A DNA stretch of 64,000 nt from Podarcis liolepis. Lineage: Eukaryota. Shown here in pieces: positions 54,060 through 64,000 of the stretch. Made by a program: the position numbers and the translations under genes. The stretch is from assembly GCA_965112155.1 (NCBI GenBank), contig OZ218103.1. The stretch is one strand, 5' to 3'. The notes beneath the pieces are model-generated. The model was not told the origin of the DNA and ran no database searches. It saw nothing but the letters and a program-made list of their open reading frames with translations. Positions within the stretch are counted from its first letter, which is position 1; the number at the start of each line of letters is the position of its first letter.

Positions 54060-54154
54060 CTGTATCTGTATCTGCAAAACCTAGGTATATATCAACGTCT
54101 GGAACTGTGTTACTGAAGCTTTTATCTTCTGCACCAATGAACTGTTTGGGACAC
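54060..54154 (-). CDS. ANKS1A: Candidate additional ANKS1A exon, 95 nt (CPKQFIGAEDKSFSNTVPDVDIYLGFADTDT)
   Basis: CACACACAG| acceptor (weak pyrimidine tract), ACAG|GTATAT donor; phase 2 to 1; open frame. Confidence 0.5.
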
Positions 54155-54970
54155 CTGTGTGTGGTGACTGGAACTATGTAGGTCTCTCACACCAGATTCC
54201 CAACATAGCAGTAATCTAACATAGAGGTTACTGGAGCACAGACAACAAAAGTTAGGCTATTCCTATCCAGATAGGGGTGCAGCTGGGCCACCATCCAAAG
54301 CTGATGGAAGGCACTCTGCTCCACTGAAGCCACCTGTGCCTCAAGCAAAAGCGATGGATCTAGAAGTACCCCTAAGCTGGGAGTGTAACCCCATCAAGAG
54401 CAGGCCACCTCCCATCTATCCGGTCTAGATGTATAATGGGGAACATAATCCAAAAAGCCTGTAAACACCCTCTAAACCTCTGGAAACCCTTTTAAAAACA
54501 AGCAGCACTTACTAGCCATTTTCAACACGTTCCCTGCAGTCTTTGTGCTGTTTTGGGGCTATTTTTGCACCTTTTGAAGTTTAAATTGAATTATTTATTT
54601 ATTTCCCGGAGCTGCACATATACGCAGTCATGCAAGAGTTGAACACACGTACATATGGGGTTGCCTGTATGTCCCACTGAACATAAGACTTTCTTTCAAA
54701 TCAATATGCATAGGAGCAGGGTACATGATTTACATGCTGTCCTTTGAACAGCAGTGCTTAGTTTTCATGCAAACCAAGGCTTTTAGCATAGTGCCACCAG
54801 TAATTTAGACTATTGTTCCTACTGAAAGCAGGTATAGACCCACAATTCTGATATGCTGTCAACTGCTGAAAATATTTTTGTTTTAGTAATATTTTTAGAG
54901 AATTTATTTGATTCAGGGTTGGTCATTTATTCTGAATTTTATGTTTTATGAGTTGACCATTTAATAATAT

Positions 54971-55006
54971 TCTCTCTCTCTCTCTCTCTCTACATATATA
55001 TATATA
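54971..55006. repeat. Compound (TC)n-(TA)n microsatellite
   Basis: (TC)10 followed by TACA(TA)n. Confidence 0.9.
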
Positions 55007-55046
55007 TTTAAAGGAAAATGTAATGCATGAAGTGCTCTCAAGTTAC

Positions 55047-55074
55047 CTCTCACTTGAAGTAGTAAGGGTGCAAG
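55047..55074 (-). CDS. ANKS1A: Candidate additional ANKS1A exon, 28 nt (ACTLTTSSER)
   Basis: TTTTGTTGTTACAAAG| acceptor, GAG|GTAACT donor; phase 1 to 2; no stop; frame is restored by exon 54060-54154. Confidence 0.45.
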
Positions 55075-55655
55075 CTTTGTAACAACAAAATTCAAAGAAC
55101 ATTGCAGTTATCAAATCACATGCAAGACACATTAGCTGGGCTCCTGTAGGACAGAATAATTAAGTATCGAATATGAGGGAATAGTTAATTTCCATTAGGT
55201 GGGTCAATAGGAGATTTGTTTGTATGTGTTTGCCTCTCTCCTTTGTTAATTACTTTCCCAGCTGGCTTCAACAAAAAGAGCAGATTATGTCAAAGGAAGC
55301 CATATCAGTTGGTGCATTGGTAGATACTTTGATCAGAGCTGTTCCACTAATCCTTGCATACCAATGACTTGTTGCCCAGATGAGAGACTTCCACCTAGCT
55401 TTATTTTTCCAAATTAAAACTTTTGTAAAACAAAAAAGTTAAGACACTAATAGTCTTCACAGGTACCAGAAAAATGAACACTCCATCACGAATAAGATGC
55501 CAAGGAAGAAATAGTTTAACCAAAATCTTACAAAAGTATCTTATCAGACAGTCACTGCAAAATAAGCCTGCCCACCCAACTAAAACAATAATGGTTTGAA
55601 CGTCTCATCTTCTGCCCAATACATGCTAATTACATATATTTGCAATAACTTTTAC

Positions 55656-55776
55656 CTTTTGTTTTTTTATCTGTTGCAGCGTGTTTCTTAGTTTCTGCTG
55701 TTAGCAGCAGCTCATAAGGATGCTCCTCTTCTTCATCAGCTGTGCTTCCCCTACTCTTCCTCTTGCTGACAAAACC
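55656..55776 (-). CDS. ANKS1A: ANKS1A exon, 121 nt (GFVSKRKSRGSTADEEEEHPYELLLTAETKKHAATDKKTK)
   Basis: TTTGGTCAG| acceptor, AAAG|GTAAAA donor; phase 0 to 1; conserved EHPYELLLTAETKK. Confidence 0.92.
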
Positions 55777-57502
55777 CTGACCAAACACAAAGACACACAC
55801 ATGGCATGTGCAGTTAGGTAAAAGCTAGCAGTGTCACTGACGAGGCTCTTTTTGCTCATGGAATATGCTTAAGAGATCGAAGTCTCAGGAGTATAACCTT
55901 CAGTGCTACAGTGTCTTCTTTACCGACAGATAACACTTTCCCTCCTCCTACGATCCCATTACCGTTCTGCCTCAACTATACCCACAAGTCCCTTAATGCT
56001 GTTTCTCTTCCACCTCAAATGTCCCATACCAAAATCCCCATTTTCTGCTATAGTACTGCAATTTGAAGCACACTTTGCAGTGCCCTCAGAGTCCTTTAGT
56101 ACCAGTGCAGTACAACTGTACCTTATATGGGGGTTACATTCTGGAAATGGTGCATATACACAAACTGCCCCCTTGGAATTGCTTATACACAAGCACCCCT
56201 TACCCTTGCAGATCCAGTACATCAAGAAGACCTTACCCGGTAAGTGCATATGCTCCAGGATGCTCTCACATGATCTTGTGGGGCTGTCCACGTTTCCATG
56301 AGATCTCACACAACCGTCCCCAGGCTTTGCACTGGGTTTGCTTGGGCAACCCAGCATGAAAAGAGTGTTTAAGCTCTCTGCCTTGCTTACTGGGCAAGAC
56401 CCCCTCGATGTGCTGGCTCTGGAAGTCTGGGGAGGGTCACATGAGATCTTGCAGTAACTCAGACAGCCCTATGAGATCTCGCGAAAGCATCCTAGAGCCT
56501 GCGTGCTGAGTGAGCCTTGCTTGGTAAACAAGGCAGAGAGCTCAAAAGCTCTTTTCACGCCAGGAAAACCCAGGGCAAAAAGAGCTTTTAAGCACTCTGC
56601 CTTGCGTGCATTTAATTTGTGCAATTTCAACCAGCCAGCTTCAACCACGGGAGGGTGAAATGGCACAAGTTAAATGTGCATAAGATGCTACTGTACTGTC
56701 CTTAAAGTGTAAAACAGGCAGTAGTGAAATGCAGGAAGTGGTAAGTATCTTGTAGCAGCACGCTTGCCTTAGAATGATAAGTTGCAACATTATCTGTTGT
56801 GAACTATCCTGAGATCCAAGTATGACGGGTGGTATACAAATTTAATTACTAAATAAAATAAATAAATCTAGACCTTCCCAGGACTGAAGAAAATACAACT
56901 ACTATATAGGGGTTGGTGTCAAAAGTGATGCCGGAGGGAAGGGCTGAATTCATGTGGCCATATATAGGCACAGAGAATGAGAATATCAAAAATGTCTAGG
57001 TGTTTTTCCAACTCCAGCACCTTGCATTGTGGTTGCATTTACAGGAAACCATGTCTGAACTGAACCAGAGTTTTCAGTGCCTAATGTGAACTTTTCTTCA
57101 AAGGAGAAATATTCTGTCAAACTAGGGTCGAGGAATACACCAGGCAGAATTGTATTCCAAAGGTGCATGTCTAACAGATTGCCAGTTGTGAAATGAAAGA
57201 TCTAGATGCTCTAAACAAGAGTGAGGATGGAGTTGGAAGTAGGTGGTGTACTGGAAAGATACTAAGGCTTGTATTCAGCTAATGTTTACTCAGAATAGAC
57301 CTACTGTAATTAATAGATGTAAGTTAGACATGGCCATTAATTCCAATGGGCCTACTACAAGTAAAAGTTAGTTGATTGCAACCCTAACTTTCATAATAAC
57401 CACAGAAGTGTAGAAAAAATATTTGTGTCTTCTAAGATATTAAAATGTTTGAAGAAACTTCCTCCATCATAACAGACCCTCAGAGGGAAACAATACACTT
57501 AC

Positions 57503-57583
57503 CTTAGAAGACGAACTTTGCTTCTCTACAAGTTCCTCCTCTTCATCAGGGGGAGGCTTGGCAGGAGGCGGCGGACGCTCTCT
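57503..57583 (-). CDS. ANKS1A: ANKS1A exon, 81 nt (RERPPPPAKPPPDEEEELVEKQSSSSK)
   Basis: CTGTAG| acceptor, AAG|GTAAGT donor; phase 0 to 0; conserved proline-rich motif. Confidence 0.93.
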
Positions 57584-57854
57584 CTACAGTACAGAAAGCC
57601 GCTGTCAGTATCCTGTGCCAAATTCATTCCCAACTTTCAGATCTTTTTGGAAGCAGCAGGTATGCCCTGGAAGAACTGACCTTGCCTCCCTTCAATACCT
57701 CTGTTGATGGCAATTTAATGTTTTAAAATAATGATCTCATTACTGTGTTACAGTTCATGACTAGACAGGCTAGAGAGAATTTGCTAATGTTTGATGATAT
57801 GGCAGTGCTTTGAAATCACAGAGCTTCACTGCGGGGGCACTGTGATGTACTATC

Positions 57855-58165
57855 TGCCTGGCACCTATCTTTTCTGTTGTGGCACCACCCTGTGGAACCA
57901 CTTCCCCTCATAAATCAGGCAAGTGGCAACCGTGATGTGTTTCTACTGCTTGCTGAAAGCCTATTTACTTACTCAGGCCTTTGGGGCACATTTATCCGAC
58001 TCACTGCGTTTTAGCTGGTTATGCTTGCTACTGTATCTATCATACTTTATTGTCTTGATTTTAATGTCTTCGTATTTTAGCTGGTTTTAAATGACCATTA
58101 TGCACTCACACAAACGTATAATATTAGGCAGTATATAAGTGGTTTTAAATAAAATAAGTAAAATA
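57855..58165 (+). mobile_element. L2 LINE 3' fragment
   Basis: TTTTCTGTTGTGGCACCACCCTGTGGAAC...CTGAAAGCCTATTTA..CAGGCCTTTG, then a T-rich 3' UTR and a GGCAGTATATAA...AAATAAAATAA tail. Confidence 0.65.
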
Positions 58166-58422
58166 TCTGTCTTTGCATTAGTGCCACCAGAGAGATTTTG
58201 CATGCACTTTGCACTTTGACTTAGATAGCTAGTTTCAGGCAACCGATATTGGATATACTAAATTTCACAAGTACATGGAAAGCTGGCATGGAAATAATGC
58301 TCTGGGCACATTCCTCAAATTCTGCTTCATTAACATCCTAAAACTTCATTGTGTTTCTAAAAACCACACCAGTAGACATTAATGCCAGGGTGGGTCAGAA
58401 ATGAACATAGAATCTGAGTCAG

Positions 58423-58680
58423 CAGGGGTGGAGGAAGGGGGTGCAGTGGGGGGCAGACCACCCCGGGTGTCTTCGCTGAGGGGGGTGACATTTGGCAGTC
58501 AGACAGGCGGCACACCAAATGTCCGCCATCGGCGGCTCACTCTGCCCCTGGCTCCAGGGCGCACGCATTGCTCCATGCACCCGAGCAGCTATCCCGTGCC
58601 TGGGAGGGCACCCTCCACGCCCCGCCCCCCTTGGAAGTGTGCCCGCCCTGGGCAGCGAGGGCATATGCTCTGCTGCTGTG
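58423..58680. mobile_element. GC-rich non-autonomous DNA element (hAT-like)
   Basis: GC-rich island starting CAGGGGTGGAGGAAGGGGGTGCAGTGG...CCCCGGGTGTC; family tentative. Confidence 0.5.
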
Positions 58681-59886
58681 AGTCAGGCAAGGTTATAGAT
58701 CGACATGCACACACCGAATTAAGACACTATAAGGACGGCACCCAACAAGCAAGCTGCCTAAAATGCCAGAAGATGTGGTTCTTCCTTGGTCTGTATAAAA
58801 GGCTTCCTGATCAGGATTGCTCACTAGTATGAGTAACAAGAACACGCTGCTGCAGTGTTCCCTGTTATAGGCCCATCTTCATCTAACTGCCATGCTTTGT
58901 GTCCATCTCATGTTCTTCTTGCCCCAGATATAAGATGAGCCTGTCTGACACAAAGACTGCCCATGCAAAACCAATCCATGTTCAAGTTTAGTTCACTGTG
59001 TGGTTTTGCATTGATTTGTATGCTTATGATATGGAGTAATCAATCTTTGCTTTATTAGTAGATTCCAGACTGCACTAGGCTATAGTGCTATTCTTCTCAG
59101 TTAGCTGTTAGCTTTTGTCTGTTTTTCTCTGCTCCATTATTGCTCAATGTGTATTTCTACAGTTTTCTATGAAGCTATTAAGTAATGAAGGCAAGGTAGC
59201 ATGCTTCCAATACACAACTGTATCTGCTCCACAGTCCGTACAGACCTTGAGATACTAGATCCAGCAAACGCAGATCCTTTTAGGCAAGACTGCTTTCAGG
59301 GAAGCTATATAATTATACTGAAGCTATACAATTATTCTGTAAAGCCCCCAAGCTCCCCCTACTGGATTGCATCTACAAATTCTGTAAATTATTGATTTGC
59401 TCCCAAACTAAAATCACGAACTAACAATGTGACAGAGAAGCCTGGCATTCAACATTCTTTGGATGAAGGAAAGCTGGATGGAAAACAAAAATATTTAAAT
59501 GAAGGTCATGCTCTGCACAAGCTTCTTTCCTTGTAACTCAGTGAACAACCTGAGGTAGCAGGAGCAACATGAAGAGATTCATTACAGTGAACACATTCAA
59601 CAGCCAAATATACTGGTGTAGAATTTCACCAAAATCCAGATAGCCATCACATCATGAAGTTATAATGCTCAAGAGCTCTGGGAGAACATCACGCGTAGCA
59701 CATGCAGCAGGGAGTGGCTTCCAATTGCTCAGTAAGCAAAGCCTGTTGCAATTATTTAATATTATGGTCAAACTGTACAGCTAGGCTATCAACTTACTGC
59801 AAGTGTGGAGAGTGCACAGGCCTGGAGATATATCCCAGACTACTTTCCATAAAAAGGAAACAGACAACACACATCAGGTTACATAC

Positions 59887-60080
59887 AGGCCTCACTCCTG
59901 TCACTTTAACACTGGTCATCTCCGCTTCCCTATTCACTGAATCTCTGTCTGAAGATCTTCCACTGGCAAGGCTGTCTAAAGAATGGCAGGAAGTTGCATT
60001 GTACAAGGCTTCATATGGACACTCGTCTGGCTTTCCATCAAAATCTATGATCAGCTCTGTCACTGCTTTCTCCACATTGC
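59887..60080 (-). CDS. ANKS1A: ANKS1A exon, 194 nt ([15 protein letters not shown]...[24 protein letters not shown]...GVRP)
   Basis: TTTCCTCTAG| acceptor, CCT|GTATGT donor; phase 1 to 0; lies inside ORF 59794..60246. Confidence 0.95.
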
Positions 60081-60099
60081 CTAGAGGAAACAGAAATTG

Positions 60100-60690
60100 A
60101 TAAATAATAATAAATAATAATTTTTTATTTATACCCTGCCCTTCCTGGTTCAGAAAACTGGGCTCAGGGCAGCTAACAACAAATTTAAAACACTTAATTG
60201 TGATACAACAAAAAACATAAAAGTATAAAAGCGTGAATAAATTCAAAGTTCAAAGATCAATTTAGGGGGAAATCCATCCAATGAACATTAGATGATCACC
60301 TGGGCTAGCTGGCTAAATTAGGGCCAGCGAGGAGGCCAGGGAAGAATTAGCTGTGGGATCCCAGAGCGGGTAATCTTCATAAAAAGGGGAGGGGGGGGAA
60401 GGAAGGAAGGGGAATAAAAGATCAAGCTAAATTCAAACTAAAAGCCAGGCGGAATAGCTCTGTCTTACAGGCCCTGTGGAAGGAGGTTAAATCCTACAGG
60501 GCCCTGGTCTCATGGGACAGAGCATTCCACCAGGTCGGAGCCATCACTAAGAAGGCCCTGGCCCTGGTGGAAGATAATCTGACTTCCTTAGGCCCGGGAC
60601 CTCTAAACTATGATTATTCATGGACCTTAAGGTCCTCTGCAGGGCATACCAGGAGAGGAGGTCTGATAAATATGAGGGCCCTAAGCCACA
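60100..60690 (-). mobile_element. L2 LINE 3' end
   Basis: Minus peptide GLGPSYLSDLLSWY..QRTLRS...LEVP, followed by the 3' UTR and a GGGCAGGGTATAAATAAA..(ATT)n tail at about 60100-60145. Confidence 0.8.
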
Positions 60691-61304
60691 GCTGTAGTCA
60701 TCCCATGCTGACGCACAACTGGAAAAGATCCAGGGACACAGGGATTTGAAAAGGCCCAGAAAACATGCAAAATATAGGGACACCAGATTGCAGAAATTAA
60801 ACAGAAAGAACATTAGATCTGATGAAGGTACAAGGGAATAAAAGAGAAGCAAGGATAATATCATTGGGCAGTAAGCAACAGTGTACTAAATGACTGTGCC
60901 AGACAAGCAAACATGGGTGCAATATCACATTCAGTGAAATAGCCACCTGCACAAATTTAACTTAACTGTCTTCTCTTATTCCCTTGCTATGCAGATTAAC
61001 AAAAATTCAGCCTCTTGGGTTCTAATCTTTCTTTATATCAACTATTCAACAAATAAAGCAATACTGGTGGTGGGTGCTAAAAATCATCCTTCTTGGATTT
61101 ATAGGTACCGCCCAAAAAATCTGTACAAACATTAATAGTCAGACTCTAGAAAATAGCATGCTTACAAATAATCACAGCAACCTCAATAAAATTACTTCAG
61201 TACTTGTTGCAGTATGAGACATGCCTCTCATACACCCTGCAAGAGCATGTGTTATAATAGGTACTGACTACAACTAAAGTTTTCCTTTCCACCCAATTTC
61301 TTAC

Positions 61305-61397
61305 CCTGGGGGACACGAACTGAGGTTTCAGTAGAGGTAGCTGATGCTGGCGGTGTCTTGTCTTCTGCTTTTGCAATCTTCTTCCCTGTTGTGCAAT
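61305..61397 (-). CDS. ANKS1A: ANKS1A exon, 93 nt (DCTTGKKIAKAEDKTPPASATSTETSVRVPQ)
   Basis: TTTTTTCAG| acceptor, CAGG|GTAAGA donor; phase 1 to 1; aligns with recalled human DHMTGKRSTKEVDKTPP...SQG. Confidence 0.88.
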
Positions 61398-62078
61398 CTG
61401 AAAAAATAAAAAGGGCAAGTCAGCTGTAGAAACGAAGAATATTTAGAAGCAGCAGTGGTAGATGTCTTACAGAGAACATACCAGCTTACTTTTAATTTAT
61501 TCAGAACTGACAAATTTAATATGTGCTCATTATACTTGGATGCTACAAATTTGACAAAAAGTCAAATAGTACTAAGCCTATTATGTCTAGAAACAAATGC
61601 TTCGATTGGCCTTGCTTTCTCATTGATGGCATAAGTTAATGATGCAAATTCCATCAACAGCACGTCAAGAGCCAATTACAAGGTGTATTATAGTCATACA
61701 CATCTGAAATTGGATAAGGAAATCCGAAGTGCTAAATAATCAAATTTAATACTCATCATACACCACACACACTTTTACTGGAAGTCAGTTTTCAGACCCA
61801 CATTAGAGTTCACTAAACAACCCAAAACTTTATAAATTGCTTCAGTTTGTCTAAGTCACCACACTTTGTGCATGTGTACAATAATATTAGGTGGAATTCA
61901 ACGTCACACTCTTTCAATCGTTTCCTCTGTGCAAGCAATGCAGCTTGCCAGATGGAATGAGAACTCCTCTCCTCTACTCGCACACTGCTCTAAGGGTTCT
62001 CCCAACTCCTGCCAGAGCCAAATTTGGGGTGGGGGGATGAGGAGGGGGAGTGGAAGCCCTGTTGCACAAGTGACTTAC

Positions 62079-62180
62079 CTTCAATGAGAGATGCTATTTG
62101 TTGGCTTTTCTGAGATGGAAGCTCCCTCACAATCTCCAAAGCAGTCAGGCCTCTGTTATCTTTTATATTCACATCAATGC
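62079..62180 (-). CDS. ANKS1A: ANKS1A exon, 102 nt ([34 protein letters not shown])
   Basis: TCTTAAG| acceptor, GAAG|GTAAGT donor; phase 1 to 1; overlaps ORF 61990..62172. Confidence 0.95.
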
Positions 62181-63285
62181 CTTAAGACATATATAGAAAG
62201 GGTTACAATTTATTTTTCATTAAAATGTGGCTTTATACACAGTCTATCATTAAAAAAACTCATGGCCAAATTGTGAACTGCAAAACAGAACACTTAAAAG
62301 ATGTACAAGCATCCGGGTCAGATGTCTGACGCAGATAAAACATTTTCATGCTCAAACCCTGATATAAACATCAAGAAAAGTCCAGGGCTGGTGTAATCTC
62401 TTCCTCCCCTCTTGCATGTGCATTCTGCCTTCCTTCCAAGGCTTGCTTTAACCGTAGTTTAGTATTGCTGCGCTGATGCATACAACAGTTAAAGCAATTC
62501 AGGAATCCTAAAGTCGTGTAAAGGCTTTTCGTTTTATATTTTTTTTAAAATCTGATTCTGACAAACCTTAAATGTAATTAATCCTGTTGTAAATTTGGCA
62601 CTCAATTGTGGTGAAAGCAAACTGTGGGGAGAATTTGTAGTGCACAAATTCTTGACCTCTAAATAATGATTATGGCTGCACTATATTGCTTAATATAAGG
62701 CTTCTTACATAAATAACCAAACCAAACAGAATCCAGGGACACTTTAAAGATTAACAATTTTATTATGGTATAAATTTATACCACGATAATATTATTCATC
62801 TTTGCTATTTTTGCTATAACATGAATACATACTATTCTGGAATAGAAAAAATAATATCTGTCCTATCGCAGAATTTCTGAATCTGCTGAGAACACAGTCC
62901 TAAATTATTGCAGCCTTGTCCAGACAAAGCTATGCAAAGAGTCTTTCTGATGGCCAGACCAAAATTATAAAATTCTCTTCCTTCAAGACACATAACAACC
63001 CCCAAACCAGTTTGGGAAGTATAGCAAGACCTTTTCTCTTTGGACTGATTTGTGGTGTCTATGATTGTTAAATGTGAAGTTTTAGTAAGTTTTTATTAAC
63101 ATTGGTGCTTGGGTATGGAACATAACTTTTAAAAGGCTGATGGAGGGAAAGACCTTCAGAGGCCTAAATACAGCTTATATTGCAGGATGTCTGCCATGAA
63201 AGAAAAAAAAATATTCCTCAAACATTCACTACAGTCTAAAGATCACAGTGCAACTGATACATCATTTTAGCAGAAAGAGTCTCAC

Positions 63286-63361
63286 CCGCAGCTAGCAGTA
63301 TCTGTACTACATCTGTTTTGCCAAATAAAGCAGCTTCGTGCAAAGCACTGCCTTTTTCCGT
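63286..63361 (-). CDS. ANKS1A: ANKS1A exon, 76 nt (ankyrin repeat, [26 protein letters not shown])
   Basis: TTTACAG| acceptor, GCGG|GTGAGA donor; phase 0 to 1; ankyrin SALHEAA motif. Confidence 0.95.
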
Positions 63362-63737
63362 CTGTAAATCAAACACAGCATGAATCCAAGTTGTGAATGC
63401 AATCAGAGAACATTGAAGGCAATACTTTTACATACGCAAGGACTCATTTCACAAACAAAAGCCAGCTGCTACAGCTCATCCACAACTAGAAAAAAAATCC
63501 CCCAAGCTTCTTTACCAGTACTGAGATTCTAGTGTTTAAGGCAGCTTCTTCAAAATTACGAGTAATCACTTTGAACCACATCAATCAGAAACTACTTAAC
63601 CTCTAATCCACACCAGAAGCTACTTCACCTCTAATTCAGTCTTAAGAATCTTGTGTGTTTCCCTTTGTGAAAGGAGCAGTAACACAGAAAGGTTGGGAAA
63701 TTAGTTGAAAATGCAGCCGCTTCTGTAAACTTGCTAT

Positions 63738-63799
63738 GAGAGATCACAGCAGTCTGGAACTGAACTTGCCAGAGAGATCACAGCAGTCTGGAACTGAAC
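63738..63799. repeat. Tandem duplication, 34-bp period
   Basis: GAGAGATCACAGCAGTCTGGAACTGAAC at 63738-63765 and 63772-63799. Confidence 0.9.
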
Positions 63800-63956
63800 C
63801 TGCAGGTCAACCCCTGTAATCCTCATGGCATTTCCAAAGGAGAGCTCTGATTAGGTTTCATTTAACTTAGTACCTCTCCCAAGAGAGTTAATGCCAATAT
63901 CCGATACCCAGAACATTACTTCAATATTAAATTCACAAAACTCCCAAACAAAGTAC

Positions 63957-64000
63957 CTGGTAATTATTATCCATGCCAGCATCCAGGAGAACATGAACTA
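63957..64000 (-). CDS. ANKS1A: ANKS1A exon, 3' part only (ankyrin repeat, VHVLLDAGMDNNYQ)
   Basis: Minus strand reads GTT CAT GTT CTC CTG GAT GCT GGC ATG GAT AAT AAT TAC CAG|GTACTT; phase-0 donor; truncated by the window end. Confidence 0.9.

Larger units (their letters stand above)
2037..64000 (-). other. ANKS1A: ANKS1A (Odin) gene body, partial; extends beyond both window edges
   Basis: Eleven phase-compatible GT-AG exons splice into one frame matching recalled human ANKS1A: ...[27 protein letters not shown].../[15 protein letters not shown].../[43 protein letters not shown]...[87 protein letters not shown]. Confidence 0.96.

Noticed and set aside
58401-58832. 143-aa ORF and overlapping ORFs
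   Set aside because: They arise from a GC-rich repeat and show no homology I can recognise.
2037-64000. Assignment to ANKS1B instead of ANKS1A because of the MMWQCHLS peptide
   Set aside because: Linker and SAM1 peptides ([69 protein letters not shown]) match recalled ANKS1A, whereas ANKS1B has QTVGQWLESIGLPQYENHL.

Overview
AT-rich vertebrate genomic DNA, most likely from a squamate and probably a lacertid lizard (inferred from a full-length Sauria SINE and lizard-type hAT/TcMar MITEs). The whole window lies inside one minus-strand gene that I recognise as ANKS1A (Odin; ankyrin repeat, SAM and PTB adaptor). Eleven canonical coding exons run from the last ankyrin repeats (64000) through the disordered linker to the end of SAM1 (2037), all with GT-AG sites and compatible phases. 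The gene continues past both window edges. The introns hold DNA-transposon MITEs, L2/CR1 fragments, a Penelope-like hairpin and microsatellites. The main result is a set of candidate alternative isoforms. (1) The SAM1 exon has an in-frame upstream extension, [15 protein letters not shown]..., that resembles the N-terminus of the short neuronal AIDA-1 isoforms of the paralog ANKS1B. (2) Four small phase-compatible exons add 93 aa to the linker. (3) A Cys-rich ORF may be an alternative first exon that splices in phase to that chain. (4) A 51-nt symmetric microexon candidate lies upstream of SAM1. Most other six-frame ORFs are spurious. Homology statements come from recall of the human proteins, not from a database search.
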